Part shown: piece by piece, positions 35,184 through 47,571 of the stretch
How positions within the stretch are numbered: the first letter of the stretch is position 1
How the letters are laid out: the number at the start of each line of letters is the position of its first letter
DNA from: Vicugna vicugna
Taxonomy: Eukaryota
Assembly (NCBI GenBank): GCA_013265495.1
Contig: MU062245.1
Span: 1,013,798 to 1,077,797, forward strand
Direction of reading: 5' to 3'
DNA: 64,000 bases
Program-made: the position numbers and the translations under genes
Notes under the pieces: generated by a model
What the model saw: only the letters and a program-made list of their open reading frames with translations
Told to the model about the DNA's origin: nothing
Database searches by the model: none

Positions 35184-35683
35184 GTGAGGCCCAACACCTT
35201 CCTGGCCCCTTCACAGATGAGAGAAAGTGTGTGCTGAAACATCTGTCCCCTCCTGGGTCTTCTCCCAGCCCAGACCTTAGCAAGGGAAAACCCAGTGGAC
35301 ATCTCTGGATTTTTCGGGGCCACTTAAGAATCAGAGTCAGAGAGGTTTAAGTTCAAATTACCATCCATTTTGCCTCTGACCAGCGGACTGGCCTTAGGCA
35401 AGTCATTTCCTTGCCCTAAGCTTCCCCTTGCAAATTCAATTGGGAAAGGATTCCCAATTACAGTAAGCGTTCTAGAACATTCCCTGTGGGGTCCAGACTC
35501 CTTAGGGTTGCAATTCACATACCCAGAGTGGCCCAGCACCACTCTGTCCACCCAGCCAAGGCTCTGCAGCTGTTTCCACCCTCACCCTGAGCTGACCCCT
35601 GGCTCAAAAGGAGGGTCCAGCCTCCTCTTCCAGACCCCTGACTCCAAGTCTCTGTCTCTCCCTTCACCCCACCCCGACCTCAG

Positions 35684-35755
35684 TTCCGATACAAGACCCG
35701 AGTTTACAAACAGACCAACCTGGATGAGAAGCAGCTGGCCAAGTTGCACACCAAG
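35684..35755 (+). CDS. SHANK1: SHANK1 coding exon 3
   Basis: FRYKTRVYKQTNLDEKQLAKLHTK; cag/gtgag; 72 nt. Confidence 0.97.
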
Positions 35756-36439
35756 GTGAGAGGACTCTGCTGGCACTTACCCCCTGCTCCGGAGCCCCCT
35801 CCCCAACCGCTTCCTCCCCCACCTCTTCCCACAGCCCTCCACATTCCCCAGCCTTTGTCTTCCTCTGCGAGGGTCTCCCACTTAACTTGGGATGCTGTGT
35901 CTCATTTGGGACAACCTCAGATGCCCCAGGCACCCCCATCATAACCTTTTTTAACTTCTCTCTTTGCTCCTTGTGGCTCTGCCCAGACCCATACCTGGTT
36001 CCCACTTCCTTCATATTTGGATTCTCTCCTCTCTCCTGGGTCCCCCTCCTTGGCCTGTGACTCTGACATCTAGTGTCCCTCATAGACACCCTGCAGCTTC
36101 CCCAATCCCATAGCCTGAATCTATACCAGATCCAAGGAGGCTCCCCGCCCCAGCCACATTTATCCTCCTGGCACCTTGCCCTCTAGTCCTCAGACCATAT
36201 GTCCCCTGTGTCTCCTCTGGTCCCCTAGTAGCTAGGAGGAAGCCAGGGGGCTACTTTGGTCAGAAGCAAAGTGAAGGATTCTTGATATTTGGAAAGAAAG
36301 CCCTCTGGCTAATTCTCATCCTCACCCCTGTCCCACCCCAACCCTACCCCACCGCACCACACATTTGTCTCTGTCTTTCCCTAAATATTCTATCCATCAG
36401 ACATCCTCTGTGGGAGCAAGGAGTTGGGAGCCGCCAGCC

Positions 36440-36745
36440 ACATACTGCTCCTGGGTACCCGCGGTCTGAACTGAGCCTCACTGCGAGTGTGAAATACACA
36501 CAGATTTCAAAGACTCAATACCCACCAAAAGTAAAATATCCCATTAATAAATTTCATGTGAATTACCCATTGAAACAGTAATGTTGTGGATTTAGTAGAC
36601 TAAAAAGAGACAGGTCATTAAAGTGAATTTCAATACAATTGGAAGTTCCCCTTCCCCAACTTTTTTTCATTTTAAAGGTAGATACCAGGGACTTTACAAT
36701 GACATGTGTGGCTTGCTGTGTATTTCCACTGGACAGCGTTGCTCT
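36440..36745. mobile_element. MER33-like hAT MITE
   Basis: gagtgtgaaatacacacagatttcaaagact..aaagtgaatttca..acatgtgtggctt..atttccactggacagcg. Confidence 0.7.
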
Positions 36746-36807
36746 AGAACTCAGCTTTGCTCTTGTGCTCCCTGACCAGCCTGTCTTCTCTCTTGTCTGT
36801 GGCTCAG

Positions 36808-36916
36808 ACGGGGTTGAAGAAGTTCCTGGAGTACGTGCAGCTCGGGACGTCCGACAAGGTGGCACGGCTGCTGGACAAGGGGCTGGACCCCAATTACCAT
36901 GACTCGGATTCAGGAG
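36808..36916 (+). CDS. SHANK1: SHANK1 coding exon 4 (start of ankyrin region)
   Basis: TGLKKFLEYVQLGTSDKVARLLDKGLDPNYHDSDSG(E); cag/gtaag; 109 nt. Confidence 0.98.
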
Positions 36917-37007
36917 GTAAGGAAGGAGGCCAGGGGTTTTGGGAGAACTGGGGTGTCAAGAACGAGGCCTGGGGACTGCATGTGACTAGCCTTTCCCGCC
37001 CCCCCAG

Positions 37008-37159
37008 AGACCCCCTTGACGCTGGCTGCCCAGACAGAAGGCTCTGTAGAGGTGATTCGAACCCTGTGCCTGGGCGGGGCCCACATCGACTTCCGGGCCC
37101 GGGATGGCATGACAGCGCTGCACAAGGCCGCGTGTGCCCGTCACTGCCTCGCTCTCACG
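37008..37159 (+). CDS. SHANK1: SHANK1 coding exon 5 (ankyrin repeats)
   Basis: TPLTLAAQTEGSVEVIRTLCLGGAHIDFRARDGMTALHKAACARHCLALT; cag/gtgag; 152 nt. Confidence 0.98.
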
Positions 37160-37739
37160 GTGAGGTGCCAGATCCTCCCGGGACCCTCCCCAGAGCCCAG
37201 AGACACCCCCAAATGACCATGTTTCCCATTCAGACTGCACCCAGCGAACTGCCCCAGACCCTTCCTCCACCTCCCCTTCATTGTTACTCCTCTGACTGAA
37301 TCTGAGACCCTTCTTGGACCTCCAGGCACACCCACCCTCCCCAGCTCAAGGCTCATGATCAGTTACAGCTGATGGTCACATGGACCCTTGCCCTACACTC
37401 AGGTAGATCACATTAATCTCCTGACAGCTGGAACGTTTCCATTCCCTCTGACCGACCTCAACACCAACACCTACCTTTGTCTTCCTGAGGTGTAGACCCT
37501 CCTAGTGTCCGTTAAAATACAGAATGAGCTCCCCAGATACAGACCCTCCTCCATATATATCCTACAAACACAGCTCCTCCACCTGCCTCCTCCACACACT
37601 GACTCTCGCGCTTCCCAACACAGACCCTCCATCCACCCTTTCTAATCTAGTGGCTCACACCCCAAATATATCCCCTCTCTCACATGAAATACAGCCCCTC
37701 CCCTAGTACAGTGCCTAAAATATACTTTCCCAAATAGGT

Positions 37740-37852
37740 AACCCTGGGGGGTGGGTATAGCTCAGTGGTAGTGTGCATGCTTAGCATGCACAGCATCCAT
37801 GAGGTCCTGGGTTCAATCCCTAGTATCTCCATTAAAATTTTTTCTTAAAGTA
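37740..37852 (+). mobile_element. tRNA-Ala-derived SINE (Vic-1-like, short tail)
   Basis: GGGTATAGCTCAGTGGTAG..GCATGCTTAGCATGCACAGCATCCATGAGGTCCTGGGTTCAATCCC; 11-bp TSD cccaaataggt at 37729-37739 and 37853-37863. Confidence 0.92.
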
Positions 37853-38996
37853 CCCAAATAGGTGAGCCTCATAGACCTTCAAAATACATACAAAGAGTCA
37901 GCTTGCCCAGTCTTATTTTAAAACACTCTTCCTCTCCCCCACCGCCCAAGGGTACCTGATGCCTCTTCATACACAGGTCAGGATAGACTGCCTCCAAAGA
38001 TACATAGGTTATAATAAACACCTTGATTCGTAGATGCTTCAGCTTAACAGACCCTCCCTTCCTTTCTCCAACCCTTCCTTGAAGACCCCTAAAGGCAATC
38101 AGACACCAGCCGCAAAGGTCTACCTTATACCCCCGGAATCAACAGATCGCCCTCCCAAGTGCATACCCCCGCCCCAGACCCAGGTCTTGCTCACACTCCC
38201 AGGCTTTCGTTGTCCTATCCAGTAGCCACTAGCCAAATGGGGGCTGTTTTTATTTAAATTGATTAAGATGAACTAGAATTAAAACTTCCATTTCTCAGGC
38301 TCAGTAGCCCCATTCAAGCGCTCGGTAGCCCACACGCAGCTGCCATACTGGATGGTGCTGTAGTAGGCTGTTTCCATTACCACAGATGTTGAGTTGGACG
38401 GTGCCGCCGCAGGCTCTCCTCTTGCAGGACAGCCGCCAACACTCTTTCCTAACAGGCTTGATGCCACCAGCCTTCCGTGCCCAGAGCTGTTCTTGAGTGA
38501 AAGCGCTCCCTGCCCCAAGCCCCCAGCCCCAGGAAGGTTGGCCCAAGTTGCCTTCACCCAAGCTTGCCCTCTCCCAGGCCTCTGTCTGTGCCTTGTCCTT
38601 GGGATCCTGGTCCTAATAACACCTCCCACTCAGCCAGGGGCCCTCCGGCAGCCAGACTCCGTTCTCTCATTTGTCCCCCACAACCAGCCTACTGAGTAGG
38701 TGGGCAGTGAGGCATTCAGCTCCTTCAGTGGCTCATCTGAAGTCGCCCATGAGGGAAGGTTGGGCAGGATTTCAAAGTGGAAGGGTCCTCTGGAGGCATC
38801 TTCCCAGTCCCTTCCTTCACAGGGATGGGAGAGGTCCAGAGAAGGGAAAGACCAGTCTCAAGGTCGCTCAAGGGCATCATGGCAGAACCGGGCCTGGCAC
38901 TGGCCAGTGTGGATCACCCAGGACTCCCTGCCCAACTGGCCCTTCAGGATGAGCCCGTCCTTGTGTGACTGTCATCTGTGTTGTTTCCCTTCCTAG

Positions 38997-39164
38997 GCGC
39001 TCCTGGACCTTGGGGGCTCCCCCAACTACAAGGATCGCCGGGGACTGACTCCTCTGTTCCATACGGCCATGGTGGGGGGCGACCCCCGCTGCTGTGAGCT
39101 GCTCCTATACAACAGGGCCCAGCTGGGCATAGCTGATGAGAACGGCTGGCAGGAGATCCACCAG
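38997..39164 (+). CDS. SHANK1: SHANK1 coding exon 6 (ankyrin repeats)
   Basis: ALLDLGGSPNYKDRRGLTPLFHTAMVGGDPRCCELLLYNRAQLGIADENGWQEIHQ; tag/gtgct; 168 nt. Confidence 0.98.
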
Positions 39165-39570
39165 GTGCTCTGGACTTGGTCGGGAGAGGAAGGGGGCAGT
39201 GTGAGATGTGCTTGGACCCTGAGCGGGGCAGGGATCCAGATGCTGGGGTCCTCACAGAGGGTGGGGGTAGTAGTAGCAGGTCCTTAAAGAGGAAAAGATC
39301 GGAATGTCAATACCGGGACTCTCAAGGGGTGTGGGATGGGAACTCTGAAATGAGCAAGGATGGCCTCCTGGCTCTCCTGAGGAGCCAGCTCAGAGACCTG
39401 GGCCTTGGATAACTTGTGAAGCTGACAACCTGGGCTCCTAAGCGGGAATGGGGACTGAAAGGAGGAGGGGAGGTGGAGGCGGGGCTTCTTGACCTCGAGG
39501 TGGAAGATACAGACAGATGCCATGGTCACAAGTGTCTGATCAGGCCTCCTGGGCTCCCTGTCCTCTCCAG

Positions 39571-39687
39571 GCCTGTCAGCGGGGTCACTCTCAGCATCTG
39601 GAACACCTACTCTTCTACGGGGCTGAGCCTGGAGCACAGAACGCCTCGGGGAATACGGCCCTGCACATCTGTGCCCTCTACAATAAG
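39571..39687 (+). CDS. SHANK1: SHANK1 coding exon 7 (ankyrin repeats)
   Basis: ACQRGHSQHLEHLLFYGAEPGAQNASGNTALHICALYNK; cag/gtctg; 117 nt. Confidence 0.98.
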
Positions 39688-41042
39688 GTCTGCCCTGCGG
39701 CACCTGCTCCAGGCCCTTCTCCTGACTCCAGCCTCCCAGCCTCCCTGTGCCCTCTGCGCATTGACTATTTCATTCATTCATTCATTCATTCATTCATTCA
39801 TTCAGTTGATGAATATTTTTGGAGCCCCTTCCCTGTGTCAGGCCCAGAGCTGGGTGCTGAGGACACAGTAGTGAGCAGGACAGACAGCCCCTCCTTCAAG
39901 GGACTCACCCTACGGTTACAGTCCCTGGGGTTCAGAGGGAGGTCATGGGGAATCCAGGTCCCTGTGGGAGCCCAGATATGGGCTTGGACTTGGAGCTGGG
40001 GTGGAGGTGGCTCTTGGGAAGATGTGCCACCTGTGCTAAGGTGAGCAGGAGTTGGCTGAGTAGAAGAGGGGAGAAAGAGTGTTCCAGGTGGAGGGCATAG
40101 CCTGCGCAAAACAAACAAACAAACCAAAAACCAAAACCAGACCAGAGGGGAGAGAGTCAGGATCGTTACTGGACATACAAGAAACTCTGAGGGTCCTGTT
40201 TCCAATGGGTCTCTGTTCAGCTGCCAGTGACGCACTTACTGCAGGGCACAGGGGACAGGTCAAACCACAGTCCCCAATGGGGACAAGAGTGTGTTGCAAT
40301 TCAGGGCTGGGTGGATGGTCCCCACTTTGGGAGTTCTGAGTGGAGGGGAGTAGGAAAGAACTGGCCAGGGGGCGGGGGTCCTCATGTACCTGCACCAGTT
40401 ATGCTGTAGTGGGCAGTTGGGTTGGCAAGAGCCTGGTGACTTTGGCCCCTTTGCCACTCATGCACCAGGTGATCTGGGGCAGGTTAGCCACCTCGGAGCC
40501 TCAGTCTCCCCACCTGCTTCCCAAGGCTGCAGGGACTTAGAAGGACAGGGCCTGGCATGCTGCAGCCAGTCCATCAGCCCTTTCCCTCACCCCTCCTCCA
40601 GGAAGTCTTCCAGAACAGCCTCAGCCCCTTCTGCCTCATGAGAACTTGCAGTGCCAGGATGTGGCAGGTAGCCACGTGCCGCCTTGTGGCAGCAAGTCTG
40701 CTCAGCGCCCGCAGAGGGAGAGAGAACTCAGTGTTTGTCAGACTGTACCAACCAGTGCCGTCACTTCGCCTCCCCAGTGCGTCTGTCTCTCCTGCTCCCA
40801 GACACGGGCCTCGCCTCGTGTCCAGATGCCCTGACTCCAGGGCCCGTGCAAGGCAGGGCACCCCAAACAAACCCCATCCCATCTCTGAGGCTCCATTCCC
40901 CTCCCTGAAATGGGAATACTCAGCTGATTAAAGGGGATGAAATGCCAGGCGTATAGAAGGCAGCTTTAATTATGATTATTATTATTATCATTATCACCAT
41001 TAGCGGTCAGGATCCGGTCAGGAGACAGAAACCATACCAGTA

Positions 41043-41135
41043 ATTTTTTTTTTTTAATGGAGGGACCAGGGGTTGAACCCAGGACCTTGTGCCTGCTAAG
41101 CACGTGCTCTACCAACTGAGCTGTTATCTTTACCC
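41043..41135 (-). mobile_element. tRNA-Ala-derived SINE (Vic-1-like, short tail)
   Basis: Reverse complement ATAACAGCTCAGTTGGTAGAGCACGTGCTTAGCAGGCACAAGGTCCTGGGTTCAACCCC..A13. Confidence 0.88.
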
Positions 41136-43182
41136 TGCCCTGGTTTCGAACAGGGAAAATGTAGTGTATATAGTTTTAGAGTGGGAATAATTATTCTGAG
41201 TGGGTCGGATGAGCTAGCCATGTCCCCCACCTTGAGCTTCCCCTTTCTGACCTGTGAAATGGATCTGTAACACCTACCTTGCAAAGGATGGAGGGGGCAA
41301 ATGTTCTGCTTGCTCTTGGCATGGTGGTTAGTGAATAATGCTTGACAAACATGAATTCTTTTTCTATTTCTCTCCCCTTATCTTCCCTCCCAGACCTTAA
41401 GCTTCCCAAGGCCCAGAGCTGAGTCTGAGAGATTTTCTCACTCTCTGCTCTCCTGACCCCCTGGCCTGATCATCTCGCCTCTGGTGGTGAAAGTTAGGTC
41501 AGTGTCCAGGCTGTGAGCTCCTCAAGGACAGAGCCTCAGTCTGATCAATTGCTCTGTCCCAAGGCCCCAGCAGATAGTAAGCTTAGATGCATCTTTGTTG
41601 AATGAGTGAGTGAGTGAGTGAATGAATGAATGAATGAATGATGAGGCAGATGCCTTGGATTTTCTCCAAGACTACGCACAGCAAACAGCTCAGAACATTC
41701 AACAGGTGTTTGCTTCGAGCTAGATTGACACTCCGTGAATGAATGCATGACTTGAACGAATGAATTTTGAATGACTCCATCCTCATCCTTTCTGTGCCTC
41801 TTTCTTGAGCACCTACTATGTACCCGGATGGGAGATGAATCAGGCACGCCATGGCGCCTGTGCTCAGGAGGGTGGGGCGAGTTCACAGTCTGGTGAAGAG
41901 GCAGACGTGTAAACAAATTGGCAATATGGTGAGATAAGTGCTAGGACACCAGTAAATACGAGGGTCTCTAGAAGTGGAGTGAATATCTCTTTCAGCTGAA
42001 AGAGATGCTCTGGCCTCGTGCTAGGCAAGGTGGTGGTGGGGGCAGGCAGATATGCAAAGACACACTGGCACTAGTTAACAGTCTGATCGGGGGGACAACA
42101 GGTGCACACATGGGCACACACTCACACTCACACACACACCCAGAAAACAACCCGGGCTAACTTTGCTATCCAGCGGACTTACTTGGATAATCAGAGTTGT
42201 GCTTTCACAGGAGAGAGATGAGCACTAGGATTAGAAGGCTTGGTTTGAGTCTTAGCTGCCCCACTGACTGACTGTGTGACCTTGGGCACAGATTTTCCCT
42301 CTCTGAGCCTGTCCTGTAGGATGGACCCATACAAGCTTCCTTGGTGGGTTTGTCACATGAAGAGGATGAGACCAAGAAGGTGTTTGGTGAATGCTGGTTA
42401 AATTAGCATCTGGAGGATCTGGAGTGGAGCTGAGCAGGGGCCCAGGTTGGGTTGGGCCAGACCAAGACAAAGAGGGAGGACAGTCCCCCATCCAGAAACT
42501 GTTTATTGAACAACTCCTGTGAGCCAGGCACTGTTCCAGGTGGCAGGTGCCACAGGCAAAACCCTGCCCCTATGAAATGAACAGTGTAGTGGGGAAAAGA
42601 TGCTAGAGACAAATAAAATAGAACTATAATTTCAGGGAGGCAGTGTGATAAGGAAAAGGAGTTAATTCTGGCTTAGAAGAATACCTGGCACATAGTGTCA
42701 TATAAATAAAAATAAAACCGGGAAGACGAAAAGTGATTCTTTTCGACAGGGTAGTCAGAGAGGCACTTTCTGAAGAAGTGGCATTTGTACAAAAACATGA
42801 ATGAAGTGAGAAAGCGAGCTGCATGGAGATCTAGGGGCAGAGAATTCCAAGCAGAGGGAGCAGCAAGTGCAAAGGCCCTGGGGCAGGAGCCTGCCAGGCA
42901 GAGGAAGAAGGAGGCCAGGGTGGCTGGAGTATGGGGAGCAAGGAAGTTGGTGAGACTGGGGATGGGGATGGCTGGGCCAGTAGATCACCTGGGGCCTCCT
43001 CGGCCAGGGCAAGGACATTGGGTTTGACCCAAAGAGTGTGAAAGAGTGACATGTTGTGATTGACACTAGTAAGGAATTGATCTGGGTGTGGATGGCATCC
43101 CTGCCCCTCACTGTCCAACCCTGGCCCCACTGCCCCCACTTCCTTTTGGGTTTAGCAGAGTGTGTGGTTAAGAGCAAAGGCT

Positions 43183-43343
43183 GTAGGGGAGAGCAGGGAG
43201 AGGGTAGAGCTCAGTGGTAGAGCATGAGCTTAGCATGCATGAGGTCCTGGGTTCAATCCTCAGTACCTCCATTTTAAAAGTAATAAAATAAAATAAATAA
43301 ATAAACCTAATTACCTCCCCCTCAAAAAAATTAAAAAAGAAAA
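43183..43343 (+). mobile_element. tRNA-Ala-derived SINE (Vic-1-like) inserted into a MIR
   Basis: AGAGCTCAGTGGTAGAGCATGAGCTTAGCATGCATGAGGTCCTGGGTTCAATCC; 13-bp TSD aagagc(a/g)aaggct at 43170-43182 and 43344-43356; MIR sequence continues to about 43520. Confidence 0.92.
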
Positions 43344-43567
43344 AAGAGCGAAGGCTCAGAGGTCAGACAAACCTGAGTTCACATCCGAGTGCTGTTCAGT
43401 CACCAGCTACATGACCTTGAGCTCCTTTTGAAGCCTTAGTTTCCTCGTCCGTAAAATGGGGACGATGATTTCCGTCTCATGGGATTATTGGGCGATTAAG
43501 CGAGCTTCTGCCTCTCCAGCGCTGAGCGCCTGGCAGGCAACAGGGGAAGCCCTCCAAGAGGTTTGGA

Positions 43568-43780
43568 CTGGTGGCTCTCAACCCGCATGCTTCTGCCCCC
43601 TAGGGGACATTTGGCAGTGTCTGTAGATATTCTGGGTTGTCACGACTGGGGAGGGGAATGCTACTGGCATCTAGTGGCAGAGCCCAGGGATGCGATTCAG
43701 CATCCTACAATGCACAGAATGGCCCCGATACAAAGAATTGTCCAGCCCCAAATGTCAGTATGAAGATGAAAAACCCTGGT
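43568..43780 (+). mobile_element. MER20 hAT-Charlie element
   Basis: gtggctctcaac..ccccctaggggacatttggcagtgtctgtagatatt..gttgtcacgactgggg..gctactggcatctagtgg..cagccccaaatgtcagt. Confidence 0.9.
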
Positions 43781-44135
43781 CTAGGTTGATGTGGGCCAAT
43801 AGAATATAACTCGAGCCACACATGTAATTTTAAATATCCCAGGAGCCACTTTTTCAATAAAAAGTTTCTAAATAAAATAAAATAAATGTTTAGAATTAAA
43901 AAAGGAAAAATAAACAGGTGACATTAATTTTAGTAGCAAATTTTATTTAACCCCATATATCCACAAATATTACCATTTCAACATGTAATCAGTAGAAATA
44001 TCCCTCAGAGATATTTAAATTACCTTTTCCATGCCAGGTCCTTGAAATCTGGTGTGTATTTTGCACGCACAACACCTCTCAGTTCAGACTGGCCACACTT
44101 AAAGGGCGAGTGGCTGCTGTCCTGGGCAAGACAGG
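43781..44135. mobile_element. MER33-like hAT MITE
   Basis: ccaatagaatataactcgagccacacatgtaattttaaat..accatttcaacatgtaatca..gaaatctggtgtgtattttgcacgcaca..ttcagactggccaca. Confidence 0.8.
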
Positions 44136-44253
44136 TTTCAATCAGATTATTCCTGAAGTTCTTAACACAGTGTCTATGTCCACTCATGGTGACCTTACCT
44201 GTTCGGTTCTTTTTTTTTCCGTTTGACCTTGTGCCACTGACCACCACCCTCAG

Positions 44254-44331
44254 GAGACCTGTGCTCGGATCCTCCTCTATCGAGGTGCCAACAAGGATGT
44301 AAAGAATAACAACGGACAGACCCCCTTTCAG
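44254..44331 (+). CDS. SHANK1: SHANK1 coding exon 8 (ankyrin repeats)
   Basis: ETCARILLYRGANKDVKNNNGQTPFQ; cag/gtgcg; 78 nt. Confidence 0.98.
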
Positions 44332-44503
44332 GTGCGAGGCTGTCAGCGCTGCTTGGGGGTCACGTCTGTGTTAGACGGGGGAGGATGGAGATGCAGGGGT
44401 GAAAGTTGGGGAAGGCAGCTGGCCGCAGACCTCACAGTGTTTCCTGCTCTCTCTCTTTCTCTCCTGCCTGCACCCCCCACCTCCCTGCACCCCTCCCCCC
44501 CAG

Positions 44504-44570
44504 GTGGCAGTGATTGCTGGGAATTTTGAACTGGGGGAGCTGATCCGAAACCACCGAGAACAGGACGTGG
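44504..44570 (+). CDS. SHANK1: SHANK1 coding exon 9
   Basis: VAVIAGNFELGELIRNHREQDV(V); cag/gtgag; 67 nt. Confidence 0.98.
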
Positions 44571-44829
44571 GTGAGTTAGGCGGGGCTGGCACTAAGGAGA
44601 GAAGCTGGGGTCCTGGGGGTGCACGGTGGGATGGGGGAGTCAGTGGATCTGATTTGGGGGCCAGGATTAGGGGAACATTTGAATTGTGGTAGGGGTACAG
44701 TTTCAGGCACTCCACTGTTTCTCATCTCTGTCTTTCTCCCCTCATGCCTCTCCCCCACCATCTCTTGCCCGCATGCCTTCCCCACCCACCTCTGTCTCCC
44801 TCTGGCCTCCTGCCACCGTGCCCTCTCAG

Positions 44830-45160
44830 TGCCCTTCCAGGAGTCCCCCAAGTACGCAGCCCGGCGACGGGGAACCCCAGGCGCAGGGCTGACGGTGCCC
44901 CCCGCGCTGCTCCGGGCCAACAGTGATACCAGCATGGCCCTGCCAGACTGGATGGTGTTTGCCGCCCCGGGGACCTCATCTGCCGGGGCTCCTGGCCCTA
45001 CCTCAGGGCCTCAGGGCCAGTCGCAGCCCTCGGCCCCCAGCACCAAGCTCAGCAGCGGGACCCTCCGAAGTGCCAGCAGCCCCCGGGGCGCCCGGGCCCG
45101 CTCCCCATCCCGTGGGAGGCACCCCGAGGAGGCCAAGAGGCAGCCCCGTGGACGGCCCAG
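44830..45160 (+). CDS. SHANK1: SHANK1 coding exon 10 (ankyrin-SH3 linker)
   Basis: PFQESPKYAARRRG..LLRANSDTSMALPDWMVF..RSPSRGRHPEEAKRQPRGRP(S); cag/gtagg; 331 nt. Confidence 0.97.
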
Positions 45161-46043
45161 GTAGGGGAGGGCTCAGCCCTGGTCTCACAGACCCCATTCC
45201 AACTGAATCCCCTCCTCAGAACCACAGCTGCCCCTCCAGGCCAGCCCAGCTGCCTACCTCCTGTCCTGCATATGGCTGGTCTCCCATCCATCCAATTCAG
45301 TGATTCCCAACCTCAGACCACCAGATCTTTCTCCTGACCCTTGAAGAAGTGAAGGCATTGTGAACCACAGTCTTGCGCCCGTATCCAAATGCAGCAAAGT
45401 TTAGCTGAACACCTGCTCCATGTCAGGGGTCTGGAGGGGTACCCAAAAGAAATGTTAGTCCCAGCCTCTGAGGACAGACAGAAAGACAGGGCCAAGTGAG
45501 AGGAGGCTGGGGGTGGGTGAAGGAGTCAGGGAGGGGGTCTCAAGCTTGGAGAGGAGGCCTGAGGCGGGGAGGATGGGCAGGGGATATTCTCCGGTAGAGA
45601 GGCTGGGCTGACTCGAGGAGGATGAGATGGGGGGCTGTGGCTGGCTAGCATGTCCCGAGGACATTGGAGGGAGGAAGTTCATGGCAGGCTGGGAATGGCG
45701 GGCAGAGGAGTTGGAATCAACATGGGAGGAAGTTGGGAGTCGCTGAAGGCTCGTGAGCCAGGGATGACACAGTCGGAGCTGAGCTTCAGGAAGCTGAATC
45801 AGGCAGAGCGTGCAGGACTGTGGGAGTGGGCAGAGCCGGAAGCCAGGAGGCAGAAGAGGGGGCTGGGGAGCAGGAGTCGGCAGGCAGGGGGAGCCCCCAA
45901 GTGTCCTTTTCCCCCCATTCCCTGCTGAGGATACCAGAGCTGGAAAACACACTCAAACCCTTCCCCCACTCTGATGCTCCGTCTCCCCCACCCCCCCCCC
46001 CCCATCCACTCTCCCCTGCCTCTCATGCCCTCTGTGTATGCAG

Positions 46044-46237
46044 CTCCAGCGGAACACCCCGGGAAGGGCCAGCTGGGGGCACAGGGGGCTCAGGGGGGCC
46101 CGGGGGCTCCCTGGGCAGCCGCGGGAGACGCCGGAAGCTCTACTCAGCAGTCCCTGGACGCTCCTTCATGGCTGTGAAGTCCTACCAGGCCCAAGCCGAG
46201 GGGGAGATCTCCCTGAGCAAGGGCGAGAAGATCAAAG
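46044..46237 (+). CDS. SHANK1: SHANK1 coding exon 11 (SH3 N-terminal half)
   Basis: SSGTPREGPAGG..RRRKLYSAVPGRSFMAVKSYQAQAEGEISLSKGEKIK(V); cag/gtact; 194 nt. Confidence 0.98.
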
Positions 46238-47537
46238 GTACTGGGGCCTGGCTGGGCTGTAGGCGAGGCATGGGCAGCTGAACGAACTCCTCAAGGAGAG
46301 GCCCATCCGTGACAAATAGTTCTCCAGCACCTAGGCTGTCCAGGGCACGCTGGAGACCTCCGAGAGCCCTAGGTGCCCCTTCCACCTCAGAAGAGCAGGA
46401 AGGGCAGCTGGGACCAGGAGGGGCGCTGTTAGGCAAAACAGGGATATGAGCGTTTGTGGGATGCCAACACCAGCCAAGTAGCTCCTGGAGCGCTTCCCCC
46501 AAGTGGTCCCATCTCACTATGACTGCCCTTTCAGGAGGGTGTCATGAGCCCATCTTATGGCTGGAGGAGTGGAGCCTTAAATGAGTGAAATGACTTGCCT
46601 GAGGTCCTCAGTCCGAGCCCATGGTCTTTCCAACTACCTTGTGTGGAGCATGAGGCCAAGTTGCTTCGACTTCACCTCCTGCCTCTGCCAGGTGTTCTCA
46701 TCTGAGAAATGGGGTGGTGTCCATTTCCTGGGGCTCTGATGAGATGGCGGGTGGGTGAAACCTGGTCCATGCTGAGGGCTCCCTCAGCAGAGGCTGCTGT
46801 CATGGAGGTCTGCATCTCTTTGGTTTTCCTGTCTTCATCTGGAAAACCATGCCAGGATCCCCCATGTGTGCAGACTCCGCAGGGCTGTTGACATGTATTC
46901 TTGGATAGAATGGTGCTTTGGAGACAGGAAGCACCCTGCAGATGTGGTAGTTAATTCCAGGCTGAGGAACAAATCTTTGCCTGACACCCAGCTGCAGAGG
47001 AGCTGACTAGCATAGAGACTGAGAGCCAGGCTGCCTGGGTTCAAATCCTAGCTCCATCACTTCCCAGCTGGGCAACCTCAGGCAAGTGATTTCTCTGGGC
47101 CTCAGTTTCCTCGTCTGTACAATGGGACCCTTGCAGGGATTAAAAGAGTAAGTTCACATAAAGCCCTTAGAACCATGATTCACACATAATAAGCACCAGT
47201 CATCATTATCATAAGCAGTCCCCACTATAGGCTCTTAGAGGAGAGAGACCCTAGGCGCTGGGAAAGTTGGAGAGAGGGTCCTCCCATAGGAGACAGTTTA
47301 AGTGGCTCTTGAAGGCTGTTCAGGGATCAGAGTATCAGGCAGGTTGTGTAACTGCATCTGTTGTGAAGTCTACTCCCTCTCACCTGAGTTTCTGAAGACA
47401 AGGTCACATATCGCCAAGGTCTGGGTCTCCAGGACCCAGTTCAATGACCCAGCACCCAGGAGGCCTCGATGCATACCTGCTGAGTGAATGAATGAGTAAC
47501 TGTGGGGGCTGGGGCAGTGCCTCTGGAGGCAGCATGC

Positions 47538-47540
47538 CTG

Positions 47541-47568
<28 letters not shown>
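47538..47568 (+). repeat. (GT)n microsatellite
   Basis: Uninterrupted GT run. Confidence 0.95.

Positions 47569-47571
<3 letters not shown>

Noticed and set aside
36725-36745. GGACAGCG as a REST/RE1 site in SHANK1
   Set aside because: Only the right half-site is present, at the end of a MER33 element; the TCAGCACC left half is missing.
39769-41640. Short tandem arrays (TCAT)n and (TGAA)n as CRISPR-like or novel repeats
   Set aside because: Typical microsatellite tails of L2 elements; no repeat-spacer structure.
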